Source: Chrysemys picta bellii (Eukaryota). From it: a stretch of DNA of 64,000 bases. Positions 23,038-34,543 of the stretch are shown one piece after another; the stretch's first letter is position 1, and each line of letters starts with the position of its first letter. The DNA lies in contig NC_088803.1 of assembly GCF_011386835.1 (NCBI RefSeq), positions 20,398,001 through 20,462,000 of the forward strand. The letters are read 5' to 3'. The position numbers and the translations under genes were made by a program. The notes below the pieces were generated by a model. It was not told the DNA's origin. It saw nothing but the letters and a program-made list of their open reading frames with translations, and did no database searches.

Positions 23038-23760
23038 TTGCAGGGCTTGCTCTCCTGGTCTCTGGGCAGGCTGTGCCTTCTTGGACCCTTCTCCAGTCCC
23101 CTGAGTGCACCCCTTTCAAGTGACAGGCCTGTGCTTCCCCTTCCATTGGCTGGGATCCTGTGACTCTCAGGGTTACCACCCCTTTGGTGCCAGCAATGTT
23201 ACCTCAGCCGGTCTAAGTGGAGTTTGGCCCTGCTATAGATTTCTCTCCCAGAGCTTATGACAGAGTGAGTTTGCCGTGAAACAGGACCAGCTTCTTCAAA
23301 ACAGAGTGGGGTTTATTTGCCCAAGGAAACACAGCATTGAGGAAAATAGGTTAAAAGAAGAAAAAGTCACAGATGCTTCTTGTCTCACCTAACTTTAAAC
23401 ACTCTAGCCATAGTTTGGGCTCTTCCAGATCCCACTTCTGTGTCTGAGGGATAATTGCATCCACACAGACCCTCTCTCGGTGTCTCATGGTGAGTGCTTT
23501 ATTTGACCAGTGTCTTTTGATCTCTCTCCTTCCAGCCTTGGCAAAAGCAACTGTGACTTTGCTGACTAGTAACCTGGCTCTTGTGTGTGAGTGTTTGCTG
23601 GGATGCTTCTTACTGAGGTAATTGATTTTTATTTCCATCTGGTTCTCCTAACAAGCCCTTTGATCTCACCTTCGTAGCAAGCATTTCATTGTACACTATC
23701 ACACATGTCTATGCACAAAACTGATACAATATAATGCAGATATTTCCCACTTTGTCACAT
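23038..23760. mobile_element. Probable old solo LTR
   Basis: TG..GTCACA-like ends and LTR-like composition; no clear TSD. Confidence 0.35.
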
Positions 23761-24490
23761 GTGTTTTGCAGAAACACAAGTTATTCGGCTCTGTTCAAGG
23801 TTAATTTGGGAAGTGTTTTGGTTCATTGAATACAGGGAGTCAGACAGATGATCATAGTACTGCCTTCTGGCTATTTTTTCCCAAAATATGTGCTCTAGTT
23901 CAAACAAGAGTTACTTCAAGGAAATTTCAATGGCTTGCAATATTCTGTTCTATGTGGCCTTTAAATCTATGCACTGCAAGATGGAGGTTCCTAGGGTTGT
24001 GTGGTGAGTGTGATTTGGGTACACAATCCAAGCAATGGCTGGCTAAAAGTGCTCACTTACATAGCTGTGAGCAGCTTACATGCTTGAGACTCTGCGTGAA
24101 AAAGGGAGTGGGGGTTCTCCCAGAAGAGCAGGGCAAGGCTGGCTCCCAGAGTCAAGGACTGGACTGACCTAGCTGATCACTGGTCCAGATAACACCAGAG
24201 GAATGTCACACTATGCATCTATGAATGAAAGAACTTGGGAACAGAAAAGTGATAAATTAACAGAGTAGTGCACTTTGGACGTGCCAAGTAGGGAATCTCT
24301 ATTCCAAAGCCTTGTGTAAAATCTGAGATTAAAGCAGTGTCTTGGCTCTGTGAAAGTTTATATATATGATCTCCGTTTGCACTTTGAACTTTTCCGGAAT
24401 TAAATGGCTGGAAATTTACCCAGTTCAATTGTACATAAATCCCTTTCAATGCTCATTATTTTATTTACCACTAGATAAATCTCATGGAAA

Positions 24491-25049
24491 ATGGAGGAAT
24501 ATGGAACCTGTAGACAGCTCTTGGAGAAAGGAGAAGGCAAAAATGAAACATATATCACAGAGTTCATCCTCCTTGGATTTGGGAATCTCTGTGAAATGCA
24601 GATTCTTCTCTTCCTGCAGTTTCTAGTGATCTACATTGTCACTGTGGCCGGGAACATTCTCATTCAACATACTAGTTGTGGCTGATCAGCACCTTCACAG
24701 CCCCATGTACTTCTTCCTGGGGAACCTGTCCTGCTTGGAGATCTGCTACACCTCCACAGTCCTGCCCAGACTGCTGGCTGGTCTCCTGACTGGGGACAGA
24801 ATCATTTCTGTTAGTGACTGCATCACTCAATTTTATTTCTTTGGTTTCCTGGTAGCAGTTGAATGTTCTTTCTTATCCATGATGTCCTATGACCGGTATT
24901 TAGCAATATGCAAACCACTACACTACACTGCTCTTATGAATGGCAGAATCTGCCTGCAGCTAGCAGCTGTGTCCTGGATGAGTTCATTTCTGACAACTGC
25001 CATAGTAATATACTTAATGTCACAATTACATTTCTGTGGCCCCAAGGAA
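24491..25049 (+). pseudogene. Truncated OR11A-like pseudogene (duplicate of the 5373 gene)
   Basis: Colinear with 5373..5930; +1 frameshift at 24665-24669; the 3' half is deleted and the sequence joins directly to the middle of the downstream LTR at ~25050. Confidence 0.95.
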
Positions 25050-25506
25050 TATGAATCTCAAGAATTATACTCATATCTGTATGTATATTTATCTTTTTGC
25101 CAATGCTCTCTATGTAACTTTTCTTTTTTAATTAATTTTAGTTTAGTTAATAAGAATTGGCTGTAAGCGTGTATTTGGGTAAGATCTGGAATATTCATTA
25201 ACCTGGGAGGTAATGTGTCTGATCCCTTGGGATTGGTAGAACTTTTTTATATGATGAATTAGATTTTCAGTAATCCTCATCATATTTGACCTGGGTGTCT
25301 GGGTGGAGGCCTGAGGCTGGGTCACTTTAAGGGAACTGTGATGTTGGCTTCTGGGTAACCAGTGAGGTATTATAGAAGCTATTTTGTGCTAGCTTGGTAA
25401 ATGTATGTACTGGAATATCTGCCAGCTTTGGGGATTGTCTACCCCATTCTTTGCACTTCATCCTAATTGAGTGACCTCAGTTGGCTTCCCTGGGACCTCC
25501 GTCACA
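25050..25506. mobile_element. 3' half of the 6400-7450 LTR
   Basis: Colinear with 6998-7450; ends GTCACA. Confidence 0.85.
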
Positions 25507-26107
25507 ACTAGCAAGGCAGTTAGCATTTAGGTTGTCCCTAACTCATGCTAATGGGAGTTTCTTTGGGGAACATGAAGACATGCTACGTTTTGGGTTGGCT
25601 GCATTCCTAGTTGATTAGAGTTGACACTTACTATTGCCTCAACTGGAATCATAAGTCTCATGTGCTCTGCATTCACACAGTGGAATTCAAGATTTTAGCT
25701 ACATGTTTTCTCTCCTTCTCTTCTCTAAGCAGGGAAAATGCTACTTTTTACATCACATTGGTCTGGGATGCCTTTGGGTGGTTTCTGGTTGTCAAAATAT
25801 TTTGTTTCTCACCTTGGAGTCAGGGCTTCCTATACAATTTTATATTTGGTATGATTGAACAGGTCTTTATAATTTTTGTTTGTTATTTGTGTTATGCAGT
25901 GATTAGTGGTGTGTATGTTCCTACATTGATTCCTGAATGTTGAAACAAAATAATTAATTGACATGGATGATTTCTGGTGAAACATCTCTTTATCCTAAAG
26001 ATCATTTCAATTTTAGGTGAAAAAATAATAAAGATAGGCTGAGATATTGCTATTTCATTCTGGATTTGGAAAGAGCCACAATCTTTCAAAAGCATCTAAG
26101 TGAGTTA

Positions 26108-26270
26108 GGGTATGTCCGTGTTGCAATAAAAGGCCAGTGGCTGGCCCGGGTCAGCTGACTCATGTTTGCAGAACTTGGGCTGTAGGGGTATAAAATTGCA
26201 GTTTGGACATTAGGACTCAGGCTGGAGTCCTGGCTCTGAGACCCGGCTTTATCGCTGTGTAGATGTACCC
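26108..26270. mobile_element. PIF/Harbinger MITE
   Basis: GGGTATGTC...GATGTACCC termini with TTA TSD on both sides. Confidence 0.75.
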
Positions 26271-26279
26271 TTAAGTTCG

Positions 26280-26800
26280 TAAATCCTAATGACTTACAAA
26301 GTTAGTTAGATTCCCACAGGCCAGAATTTTAAAATTTCTAAAGATGCATTTAGGTGTCTAACTGTGTTTTCAAATATGCCTCAGTGGCTAGCTCTCAATA
26401 ACTATAATATGCTTAATTTTGCATTTCTAAAGTGCCAGGATATTTCAATTCCTAAGTCGCAATGATTCTGAAAGTGATTAGATTCCTAAGTACCAAATTA
26501 TTAAAGGCTCTAAAGATGCGGGTGTGTGTCTAGGTGGATTTTCAAATATGTCCAGACACTTAACTGCCATTTATTCTAACGTGTTGCATTTTAAAAAGAT
26601 AAGACCACTTACGTATCTGTCTAGGAAGAAGACTGTTTTGGGGGATAAAGCACTGGACAAAGATTTCTCCTTTCACCTTGTGGCTCTAGTACAAACTGAC
26701 TGTTTGATCTTTCACAAGTCTATAGAGATGGAATTTTCAAAAGAGGGAATTAGGTGCAAATATTTCATTGGATTCTTTAAGCTTCTTTGAAAATCCCAGC
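26280..26800. repeat. Dispersed palindromic repeat family (GATTTTCAAA / TTAGGTGCCTAA cores), unclassified
   Basis: The same cores recur at ~3520, 15380, 34720-34960, 37590, 38690, 39200-39610, 43690, 48214-48366, 48540, 54040-54360, 57620 and 62900-63070. Confidence 0.55.
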
Positions 26801-27224
26801 CTGGAGCTACATTAGCTTGCAGCAACTGAAGTAATGGACCAAGATACATGGGCACCAGTTAATAGCCACTGAAATTAGAAAAGAATGTAAAATAAATACA
26901 TTTTGGGGAGGAGGGGGGGCTGTGGTACAGTAGAGTGGAGAGGAAACAAGACTGTGACTCAGAACAGCTGGGTTCTACTCCTGTTCCTGCATGACTGTGG
27001 GCAAGTCATTTTGCCTTTGTGCCCCTATCGGGTAGGTGGGCTCATCATCTGTGGCCAGCAGTGTACCTAGGAGAAGAAAAACTCCCATTTCAAACCAGGT
27101 CTGGTCAGCTAGTTTGTAACAGTTGTGCCATATGCACAAGCAATATGGGTCTGACCCTGGCTAATGGGGCAAAGCGTATTACTTAGCCTAATAACTTTTA
27201 ATTGATTAAGAATAACTCGTGCTT

Positions 27225-28330
27225 TTGTCGAAAGCATATCTTCCAGCAACGCATCCAGCAATGATTTGAAGCCATCAAGAGATGAAGAATCCACCACTTC
27301 CCTTGGTAGTTTGTTGTAATGATTAATCACCCTCACTGTTAAAATCTGTGCCTTATTTATAATCTGAATTTGTCTGGCTTCACCTTCCAGCCATTGGTTC
27401 TTGTTTTGCCTTTCTCATCTTTTACTACCCTGTATTTTTTCCCCATGAAGGTACTTATAAACAGTACTCAAATCACCTCTCAACGTTCTTTTGGATAAGC
27501 TAAGCCCTCCAGTCACTTTTGTGCACCCTCCCTAATTTTTCAACATCCTTTTAAAATTTTGGGCAAGAGAACTCTATGCCGTATTCCAGAATCAGTCTGA
27601 CCAATGTGGTATACAGAGGTAAAATCAGCTTTCTGCTCCTACTTACTACTCTCCTGTTTATACTTCCAAGGATCACATTAGCCTTTTTTTGCCACAGCAT
27701 GACACTTGGAGCTTACACTGAGTTGCTTGCACACTATGACTCCTAGATCCTTTTCAGCATTTTGCTTGTAGGTAGAATGCTGCTTTGCAGGTTTCAATCT
27801 CCCATTCTGTAGGTCTGGCCTGTGTTCCTTGTTCCTACATTTATAACTTTGCATTTGGCTGTGTTAAAATATATTTTGTTTGAATGGGTCCGGCTCACAC
27901 CACTTCACCAACCTTTGTCTCATCCACAGATCATGGATCAGCAGAGATTTCATATTGAATTCCAGCTCATTGGTACAAATGTTGAATAGCATTGGGGCTA
28001 GTACTGATCAATGCAGAACCCCACTTGAAACACCCCATTCCATGATAATTTACACCAGCAACTAATTTTTGAGATCTATCAGCAAGCCAGTTTAAAAAAA
28101 AAAATAATGTGTGCTTTATTTATATTATATAGTGCTCATTTTAAATCACAATGTTCTGTCATACTAAGTTAAATGCATTACCAAAGTCTGTTATATCTAT
28201 GCAGTACATTTACCAACCAAACTTCTAATCTCTTCAAAGAATTAAATCAAGTTTCTTTGACAAGATCTATTTTGCATAAAGCCACATGATGGGCATTAAT
28301 TATATCCATCATTCAATTCTTTATCAGTTG
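27225..28330 (-). mobile_element. Old CR1 fragment
   Basis: GAATCCACCACTTCCCTTGGTAGTTTG 3' region followed by degenerate ORF2. Confidence 0.65.
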
Positions 28331-29051
28331 AATCCAATTTTAGTTTTTCCATTATTTTGTCTGGGATCTCTCTCTCTCTCTGGTCAGAAAACATTTAAAA
28401 GTCTAAGTTTTGCTCTGATGAGGAATGAAAGCAAATGTCAAAATTTTGATTTTTTTTCCCAAATGAAATTCTTCTATTCCAGTCAGCACCAATGAAAACT
28501 TACTGCAAGTCCTGTGCTGGAATACCTGGTGGATGTGGTAGTCCCTAAGAGCATAGCATGAGCACAGAAAGCTTCTATGTTTCCTTCCTCAAGTACTCAG
28601 TGCAGGGCATCAGACGAGAGGGGAGAGAGGACAAGGGAAGAGGTGAACAAGGGTCCTAGAGAGAGCTGGAGAAATTTAATCTAACCTGTTCTTCAGGCTG
28701 GAGGAAGAAACAGAGAGTCATCCAGGTCTTTGACAGACCATTGCTTTGTCCCTACACTCTATTTCCCTCCAATAGTCCCCATGCTCTATTCCCTGCATCC
28801 AATGGACAATTGCCCCTGGATTGTATTGACCAATGCACAATATTCACATTGCCGGTGCACAATGGTTCCTGCATTACAATCCCTAGTGTCTCATGTATAA
28901 AGATGAAATGGTCCCTTCGCTGTGCACCCCAGTGCCCACGGAGCTACAGTCCCTTCCTTATATTACTCACCGCCCAGTGATGCCTGCACCATATTCCCAG
29001 CCCCCACAGTCCTCATGAAGAGCAGAGGCAGAGTCAAAACATTCCCTTTAT

Positions 29052-29993
29052 TCATATTCTGTCTGGGAAGAGTTTTCTGTGCAGGTTTTTCCTCAGGGCA
29101 GACTGCACCTCCTTGTTCCTCAGGGTGTAGATCACAGGGTTCAGGACAGGAGTGACCACACTGTAGAGGAGAACAATCATCATGTCCCATTCAGGAGATT
29201 CCCCGGAGGAGGGGGGCAAGTAGGTCAAGATGGCCCCCCCGTAGAATAGAGACACCACCGTAAGGTGGGAGGCGCATGTGGAAAAGGCCTTTCTCCTGCT
29301 TTCCCATGACTGGACCTTCAGGAGCAGGAAGGAGATGATGTAGAGGTAGGAGAGGAGCGTGAGGATAAAGGGGATGACTACAATGCCCCCAGTGACGATG
29401 TTGAGCAGGGTCAGGTTGAGGTGGGTGCTGCCGCAGGCCAGGCTCAGCAGGGGCTTGATGTCACAGAAGAAGTGGGGGACACGGCTGGGGCCACAGAATT
29501 GCAGCTGGGAGGTCATGACCGTGTGCATCAGGGCGTGCAGGAAGCCAGTGACCCAGCTGGCTGTTGCCAGGAGCAGGCAGGCCCGTTGTCTCATGACCAG
29601 CCTGTAGCACAGTGGGTTGCAGATGGCCACATAGCGGTCATAGCCCATGACAGCCAGCAGCACGGCCTCGCTGCTACCCAGGAAGTGGAAGAAGTGGAGC
29701 TGGGCTAGGCAGCCAGCGAAAGAGATGGTCTGGCATCCCGAGAGGAAACCAGACAGCATCTTGGGCATGGTGACTGTGGAATAGCAGATGTCCAGGCAGG
29801 AGAGATTCCCTAGGAAAAAGTACATGGGGGTGTGAAGCCGGGGCTCCATCAGTGCCATGGCTACTATGGCCCCATTACCCAGCATGCTGGCCACATAGAG
29901 AAGCAGGAAGAGTGCGAAGAGAAAGTGCTCCAACCCCTGGAGATTGGTCAGGCCCATGAGGATGAATTCGCTCAACTCCGTCCTGTTCTCCAT
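29052..29993 (-). CDS. Olfactory receptor, OR12D-like, intact, 313 aa
   Basis: MENRTE start; PMYFFLGNLSCLDICYSTVTMPKML, QLHFFHFLGSSE (typical of OR12D), GYDRYVAICNPL, KAFSTCASHL, PVLNPVIYTLRN; polypyrimidine tract + CAG acceptor 2 nt before the ATG. Confidence 0.93.
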   Translation of the reverse strand: MENRTELSEFILMGLTNLQGLEHFLFALFLLLYVASMLGNGAIVAMALMEPRLHTPMYFFLGNLSCLDICYSTVTMPKMLSGFLSGCQTISFAGCLAQLHFFHFLGSSEAVLLAVMGYDRYVAICNPLCYRLVMRQRACLLLATASWVTGFLHALMHTVMTSQLQFCGPSRVPHFFCDIKPLLSLACGSTHLNLTLLNIVTGGIVVIPFILTLLSYLYIISFLLLKVQSWESRRKAFSTCASHLTVVSLFYGGAILTYLPPSSGESPEWDMMIVLLYSVVTPVLNPVIYTLRNKEVQSALRKNLHRKLFPDRI

Positions 29994-30240
29994 CGCTGCA
30001 GGGGGGAAAACAAAGAGAAAAAAGGAGACATATGAATCGGAGGCTGAGGTTCTCATCGGGCTTTAGATATTCTGATGCCCATTTCTTTTATAAATTAATG
30101 AAAAATGAACATCCTATCCCTCTTTGCAGCTCTGGACATTTCAGCAGCTTTGCTAGCATTTCTTTGAGCAGATTTCCTCCCTGGGTAACATGAGCCCTGA
30201 AACTCCCTGTATCTCTGTGTCAGATCATCTCCACTTTGCA

Positions 30241-30241
30241 G

Positions 30242-30283
<42 letters not shown>

Positions 30284-30284
30284 T
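30241..30284. repeat. (ATCT)n microsatellite
   Basis: Direct reading. Confidence 0.95.
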
Positions 30285-30287
30285 GTA

Positions 30288-30802
30288 TGCAGTGTTGCTA
30301 TGGCCAGGTTGTCCCAGGATATTAGAGAGACAAGGTGAGTGAGGTGATATCTTTTATTGAACCAATTTCTGTTGGTGAGAGAGACAAGCTTTCGAGCTGA
30401 CACAGAGATCCTCTTTGGGTTTGGGAAAGGTACTCAGAGTGTCCCAGCTAAATACAAGTTGGAAACCTTTGTTTAGCATAAATTGTTAACAAATATTTCA
30501 AGGGACCTTTCAAAGTGAAGTGGCCAATTAACACCCCACCAGCCATTGCCTGAGGCAGGGTCAGAAAGGGAAAAGGAAGACAGATGGGGATGGGGGGATT
30601 GTTAGTGGCTTACAGATAGTTGTAATAAACCATAGATTTTTAATGTCTAGCAGAGTTATGAATTTATGCTCCCAGGCTCATCTTTTGAAAGTGTTGTGCA
30701 GGTTATCTCTGAGAATGTGGACTGATAGATCACTGTATAGCTGGCCTCATCCTCAAAGAGAGGTTGGTCCAATAAAAGATATTACCTCACCCCCCTTGTC
30801 TA
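30288..30802. mobile_element. Penelope-like element with inverted terminal segments
   Basis: GAGACAAGGTGAGTGAGGTGATATCTTTTATTGAACCAA at ~30327 is inverted at ~30764-30802 (TTGGTCCAATAAAAGATATTACCTCACCCCCTTGTCT). Confidence 0.6.
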
Positions 30803-31049
30803 TCTATCTATTGTGATACATACACTTCCATGTAGCCATCTATTTATGTACTGCCATACATATTCATCCAACCAAGCGACCATCTATGGTGATTAAAAAG
30901 GTCTTCATCGCCATGCTGTTTACGTACCAGACAAAATTCAAAGGAATAGATGTCAAATAAAAAAAAATATTTTCTGCCCTCACTTCCCCAAAGCAGGTTA
31001 ATGTGACCTGTTTCTTGAGGATGGGATTTTCTAAAACATCTAGGGCAGT

Positions 31050-32003
31050 TCAATGTTGATAAATGCAAAGTAATGCATATTGGAAAACAGAATCCCAACT
31101 ATACATATAAACTAATGGGGTCTAAATTAGCTGTTAGCACTCAAGAGATAGATCTCGGAGTCATCGTGGATAGTTCTCTGAAAACATCCACTCAATGTGC
31201 AGTGGCAGTCAAAAAAGTGAACAGAATGTTGGGAATCATAAGGAAAGGGATATATAATAAGACAGAAAATATCATATTATCTCCATACAAATCCAGGGTA
31301 TGCCCACATCTTGAATACTGCAGGCAGATGTGGTCGCCCCATCTCAAAAAAGATATATTGGAATTGGAAAAGTTTCAGAAAAGGGCAACAAAAATTATTA
31401 GGGGACTGGAACAGCTTCCACATAAGGAGAGAATAATAGGACTGGGACTTTTCAGCTTGGAAAAGAGACGACTAAAATTTGATATGATACAGATCTATAA
31501 AATCATGACTGGTATGGAGAAAGTAAATAAGGAAGTGTTATTTACTCTTTCTCATAACACAAGAACCAGGAGTCACCAAATGAAATTAATAGGGCAGGAG
31601 GTTTAAAACAAACAAAAGGAAGTATTCCTTCATACAACACACAGTCAACCTGTGGAACGCCTTGCCAGAGGATGTTGTGAAGGCCAAGACTATAACAGGG
31701 TTCAAAAAAGAACTAGAAAAGTTCATGGAAGATAAGTCCATCAATAGCTATTAGCCAGGATGGGAAGGGATGGTGTCCGTTGCCTCTTTTTGCCAGAAGC
31801 TGGGAGTGGGCAACAGGGGTGGATGACTTGATGATTACCTGTTGCATTTATTCCCTCTGAAGCACCTGGAATTGACTGAACATAGGAACATAAGAGCAGC
31901 AATACTGGGTCAGACTAAAGGTCCATCTAGCCCACTATCATAGTGGGCTAGATGGACCTTTAGTCTGACCCAGTATTGCTGCTCTTATGTTCCTATGTTC
32001 AGT
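31050..32003 (+). mobile_element. 5'-truncated CR1 (different subfamily) ending in a fold-back palindrome
   Basis: ORF2 C-terminus (MHIGKQNPNYTYKLMGS..LEYC..WSPHLKKD); the 3' end matches the 49401-50010 subfamily. Confidence 0.85.
31875..32003. repeat. Perfect inverted repeat, 64-bp arms, 1-nt spacer
   Basis: 31875-31938 is the exact reverse complement of 31940-32003 (checked base by base). Confidence 0.97.
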
Positions 32004-32513
32004 TATTGACATTCAGTGAGAGTGGTTCAGTTAATTCCCCTAGCTGCATTTGAAGATCCCACGCTTCTGAGCATGGCTCTCTCTCTCTCGCTCTCTCTGG
32101 TGTCATTCCTGGGGGAAGGCTCTGTGGTAAAGCTGTGCCTTGCTACTCATCCAAAGCTACTGAAAAAACACCTCCTCCTGAGAGTCTGGATTCCAGTGTC
32201 CATCTGGACCATGGAATCCATATGATGCAGGTCATGAAGTGTCTCTTTTGCTGTCGATTACTGGACTTTTAATTAGAAAATTTAGGTTCTCTTTTAATCT
32301 CTGCCACTGACCTGCTGAGTGAACATGGGCTAGTCACTGTTACTCCCTGTGCCTCAGTTTCCCCTCCCACCCTTCCCACCCTTGTCTTTTAAAACTGTTC
32401 TTCAATGTAGGGGCTGGCTTGTGCTAGGTGTAAGTACATTGCCTATCATAATGAGGTCCTGGTCTTGTTTGGGACCCCAGCTGCCACTGCCATAGAGCGC
32501 GCATAAAGCTCAC

Positions 32514-32740
32514 CTGCCTCTCTGCTGAGCAGCAAAGCAGTGAGAGGCTCAGATATGGAGGATCTGAGAGAGTCAGATGGCACTGCTTTCCTTTGTTTGG
32601 ACACATGGTATAAACAGGGGCAGGGTTTCTTCAGGGAGCTGCGCCTCAGGAGCCATGGTGAGGAAGGTCAAACTTCCCTGGTCTGTTATCATCTCAGCCC
32701 AGAAAAGAGTAATTCCCAGGGGGGAAGTTCCGATAATGTT
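32514..32740 (-). promoter_or_regulatory. Candidate promoter and non-coding first exon of the 29993 OR12D-like gene
   Basis: Minus-strand donor CAG|GTGAGC with the exon ending at 32514; TAATT abutting TCCCAGGGGG at 32710-32723; TAATG at 32733; non-repetitive sequence. Confidence 0.4.
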
Positions 32741-33124
32741 ATGAGCGCCCCACACATCCTGCTTCACAGGAACAGATTTCCCTTTGGTGACTGAATGCCT
32801 GATATAAGCTCCCCTTCCTGGATCCATAACAAAGAGCTAGCATGATGGACCCCCATCTCGGGCATGACAAGAGGGTTGAACTGGATTCCTCACAAGTTCA
32901 GAGCTGCAAACCTCTATGGCTCAAGTCCAAAGCTGCACCTAACACTCTCTGTGGGCCACACAACACACAGACTGGCCAGCGGGTTACATGACGAATGTGC
33001 TTTTACCCACACATGCTGAGCTGGCCTCTCCATGATGTAGGTCGGGGCTGCTGTGGGGTCTGATTGTGATTCCTCCCATCCCATCATTGAACAGTGGGTT
33101 TTGCTAAATTCAGCAATGAGTCCC

Positions 33125-33255
33125 AGTGGTGGGAGTGGGCCTCAGGAGCCCTGGGTTCTATTCCTAGCTATGCTATTAGCCTGTTGCTTGACTTTGAGCA
33201 AGTCACATCCCTGCCTGGTTCCTCAGTTTCCCTGTCTGTATAATGGGGATAACAA
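33125..33255 (+). mobile_element. MIR/CORE-SINE
   Basis: CTGGGTTCTATTCC..TTGAGCAAGTCAC..CCTCAGTTTCCCTGTCTGTATAATGGGGATAA core; similar relics at ~26930-27040, 32280-32470 and 52200-52300. Confidence 0.7.
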
Positions 33256-33713
33256 TATAGGGTACATCTCACTTAATCATTGCCCTGTCTTTGTGGGGGC
33301 CTCAGGCAGTGGAAAACTTCTGTCCCTCCTATTCTTTGCCTGTGGAACATAGTATAGTCTCCTGTGGACTATAACATTTTGGTCTAATTTTTGTTGTTGG
33401 GTTTAGTGTGCAGCTTCTGGGTGGTGCTGGTGGTCTGTGATCTTCAGAAGGTCAGATTGGATGGCCTGATGGTCCCTTCTGGCTTAAACTTTGTGACTCT
33501 TTGAGAACTGTTTGAGACCTACTGATGAAAAGTGCTATATAAAAACGGAGTAGGACTGTCATTATTCAACAGTCTTCCCGAGGAGATCAGCTGAAGCCAG
33601 AGTGTGACTGCTTGTAGGCAATGCTGCAATACCATTCCCTTCAAATAGCCTTTCCACATCAAAATGGCTATCACAATGCTGAAACCTCCTTCCCCCTTTA
33701 AAACATCCCAGAA

Positions 33714-33715
<2 letters not shown>

Positions 33716-33776
<61 letters not shown>
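33716..33776. repeat. Compound (TG)n(AG)n microsatellite
   Basis: Direct reading. Confidence 0.95.
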
Positions 33777-33779
<3 letters not shown>

Positions 33780-34068
33780 GAGGAGCAAGAGAAGAAGAAA
33801 TTAATTAACTCTAAAAATCTCCAGACAAAACAAAATAAACAATTTAGCCCAGGCCCAGCTCTGACTCTGAAAAAGGAGACATATCAGAGATCCCATGAAG
33901 TTCAGAGGGGACTTAGCTGTGGGTACTGATTTTAAATGGAAGGTGCTCAATTACTAGGCTGATGGGTGGCACTATAAATAACTAAACTAGATAGAACATC
34001 CTATTCTATTACAGATCCTATACTGCCCTTATTACTGTGGGGGCTAGGTTGGCATTAAGGTAATATTG

Positions 34069-34543
34069 CAGGGGTGGGCAAACTTTTTGACCTGAGGGCC
34101 ACATCAGGGTTGCGAAACTGTATGGAGGGCCGGGTAGGGAAGGCTGTGCCTCCCGAAAAAGCCTGGCCCCTGCCCCCTATCCATCCCCTCCCACTTCCTG
34201 CCCCCTGACTGCCCCCCTCAGAACTCCCAACCCATCCAATCCCCTCTGCTCCCTGTCCCCTGACTTCCCTGTCCCTGACTGCCCCCCCGAACCTTTGCCC
34301 ATCCAACCGCCCCCTGCTCCCTGTCCCCTGACTGCCCCCAGGAGCCCCTACCCCTTTTCAACCCCTCCCACGCCCCGCTCCCTGCCCCCGTACTATGCTG
34401 CTCAGAGCAGCATGTTTGGCAGCTGCACCGCCCGAGCGGAGACAGCGGGGAGGGGCTAGCCTCCCCGCCTGGGAGCTCAAGGGCCAGGCAGGATGGTCCG
34501 GCGGGCCGGATGTGTCCCGCAGGCTGTAGTTTGCCTACCTCTT
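34069..34543. mobile_element. Non-autonomous hAT element
   Basis: TIRs CAGGGGTGGGCAAACT / AGTTTGCCTACCTCTT; 8-bp TSD TAATATTG / TAATATGG; another terminus of this family at ~63940-63980. Confidence 0.85.

Larger units (their letters stand above)
12680..29104 (+). repeat. Segmental duplication, copy B (expanded by insertions)
   Basis: Same blocks as copy A, interrupted by copy-specific Harbinger, hAT and CR1 insertions. Confidence 0.9.

Noticed and set aside
31073-31606. 177-aa ORF as a host gene
   Set aside because: CR1 ORF2 C-terminal fragment.
33519-33788. ORFs with LSLSLS/HTHTHT or IYLSIYLS runs (also 36000-36530, 39913-40155)
   Set aside because: Translations of microsatellites.
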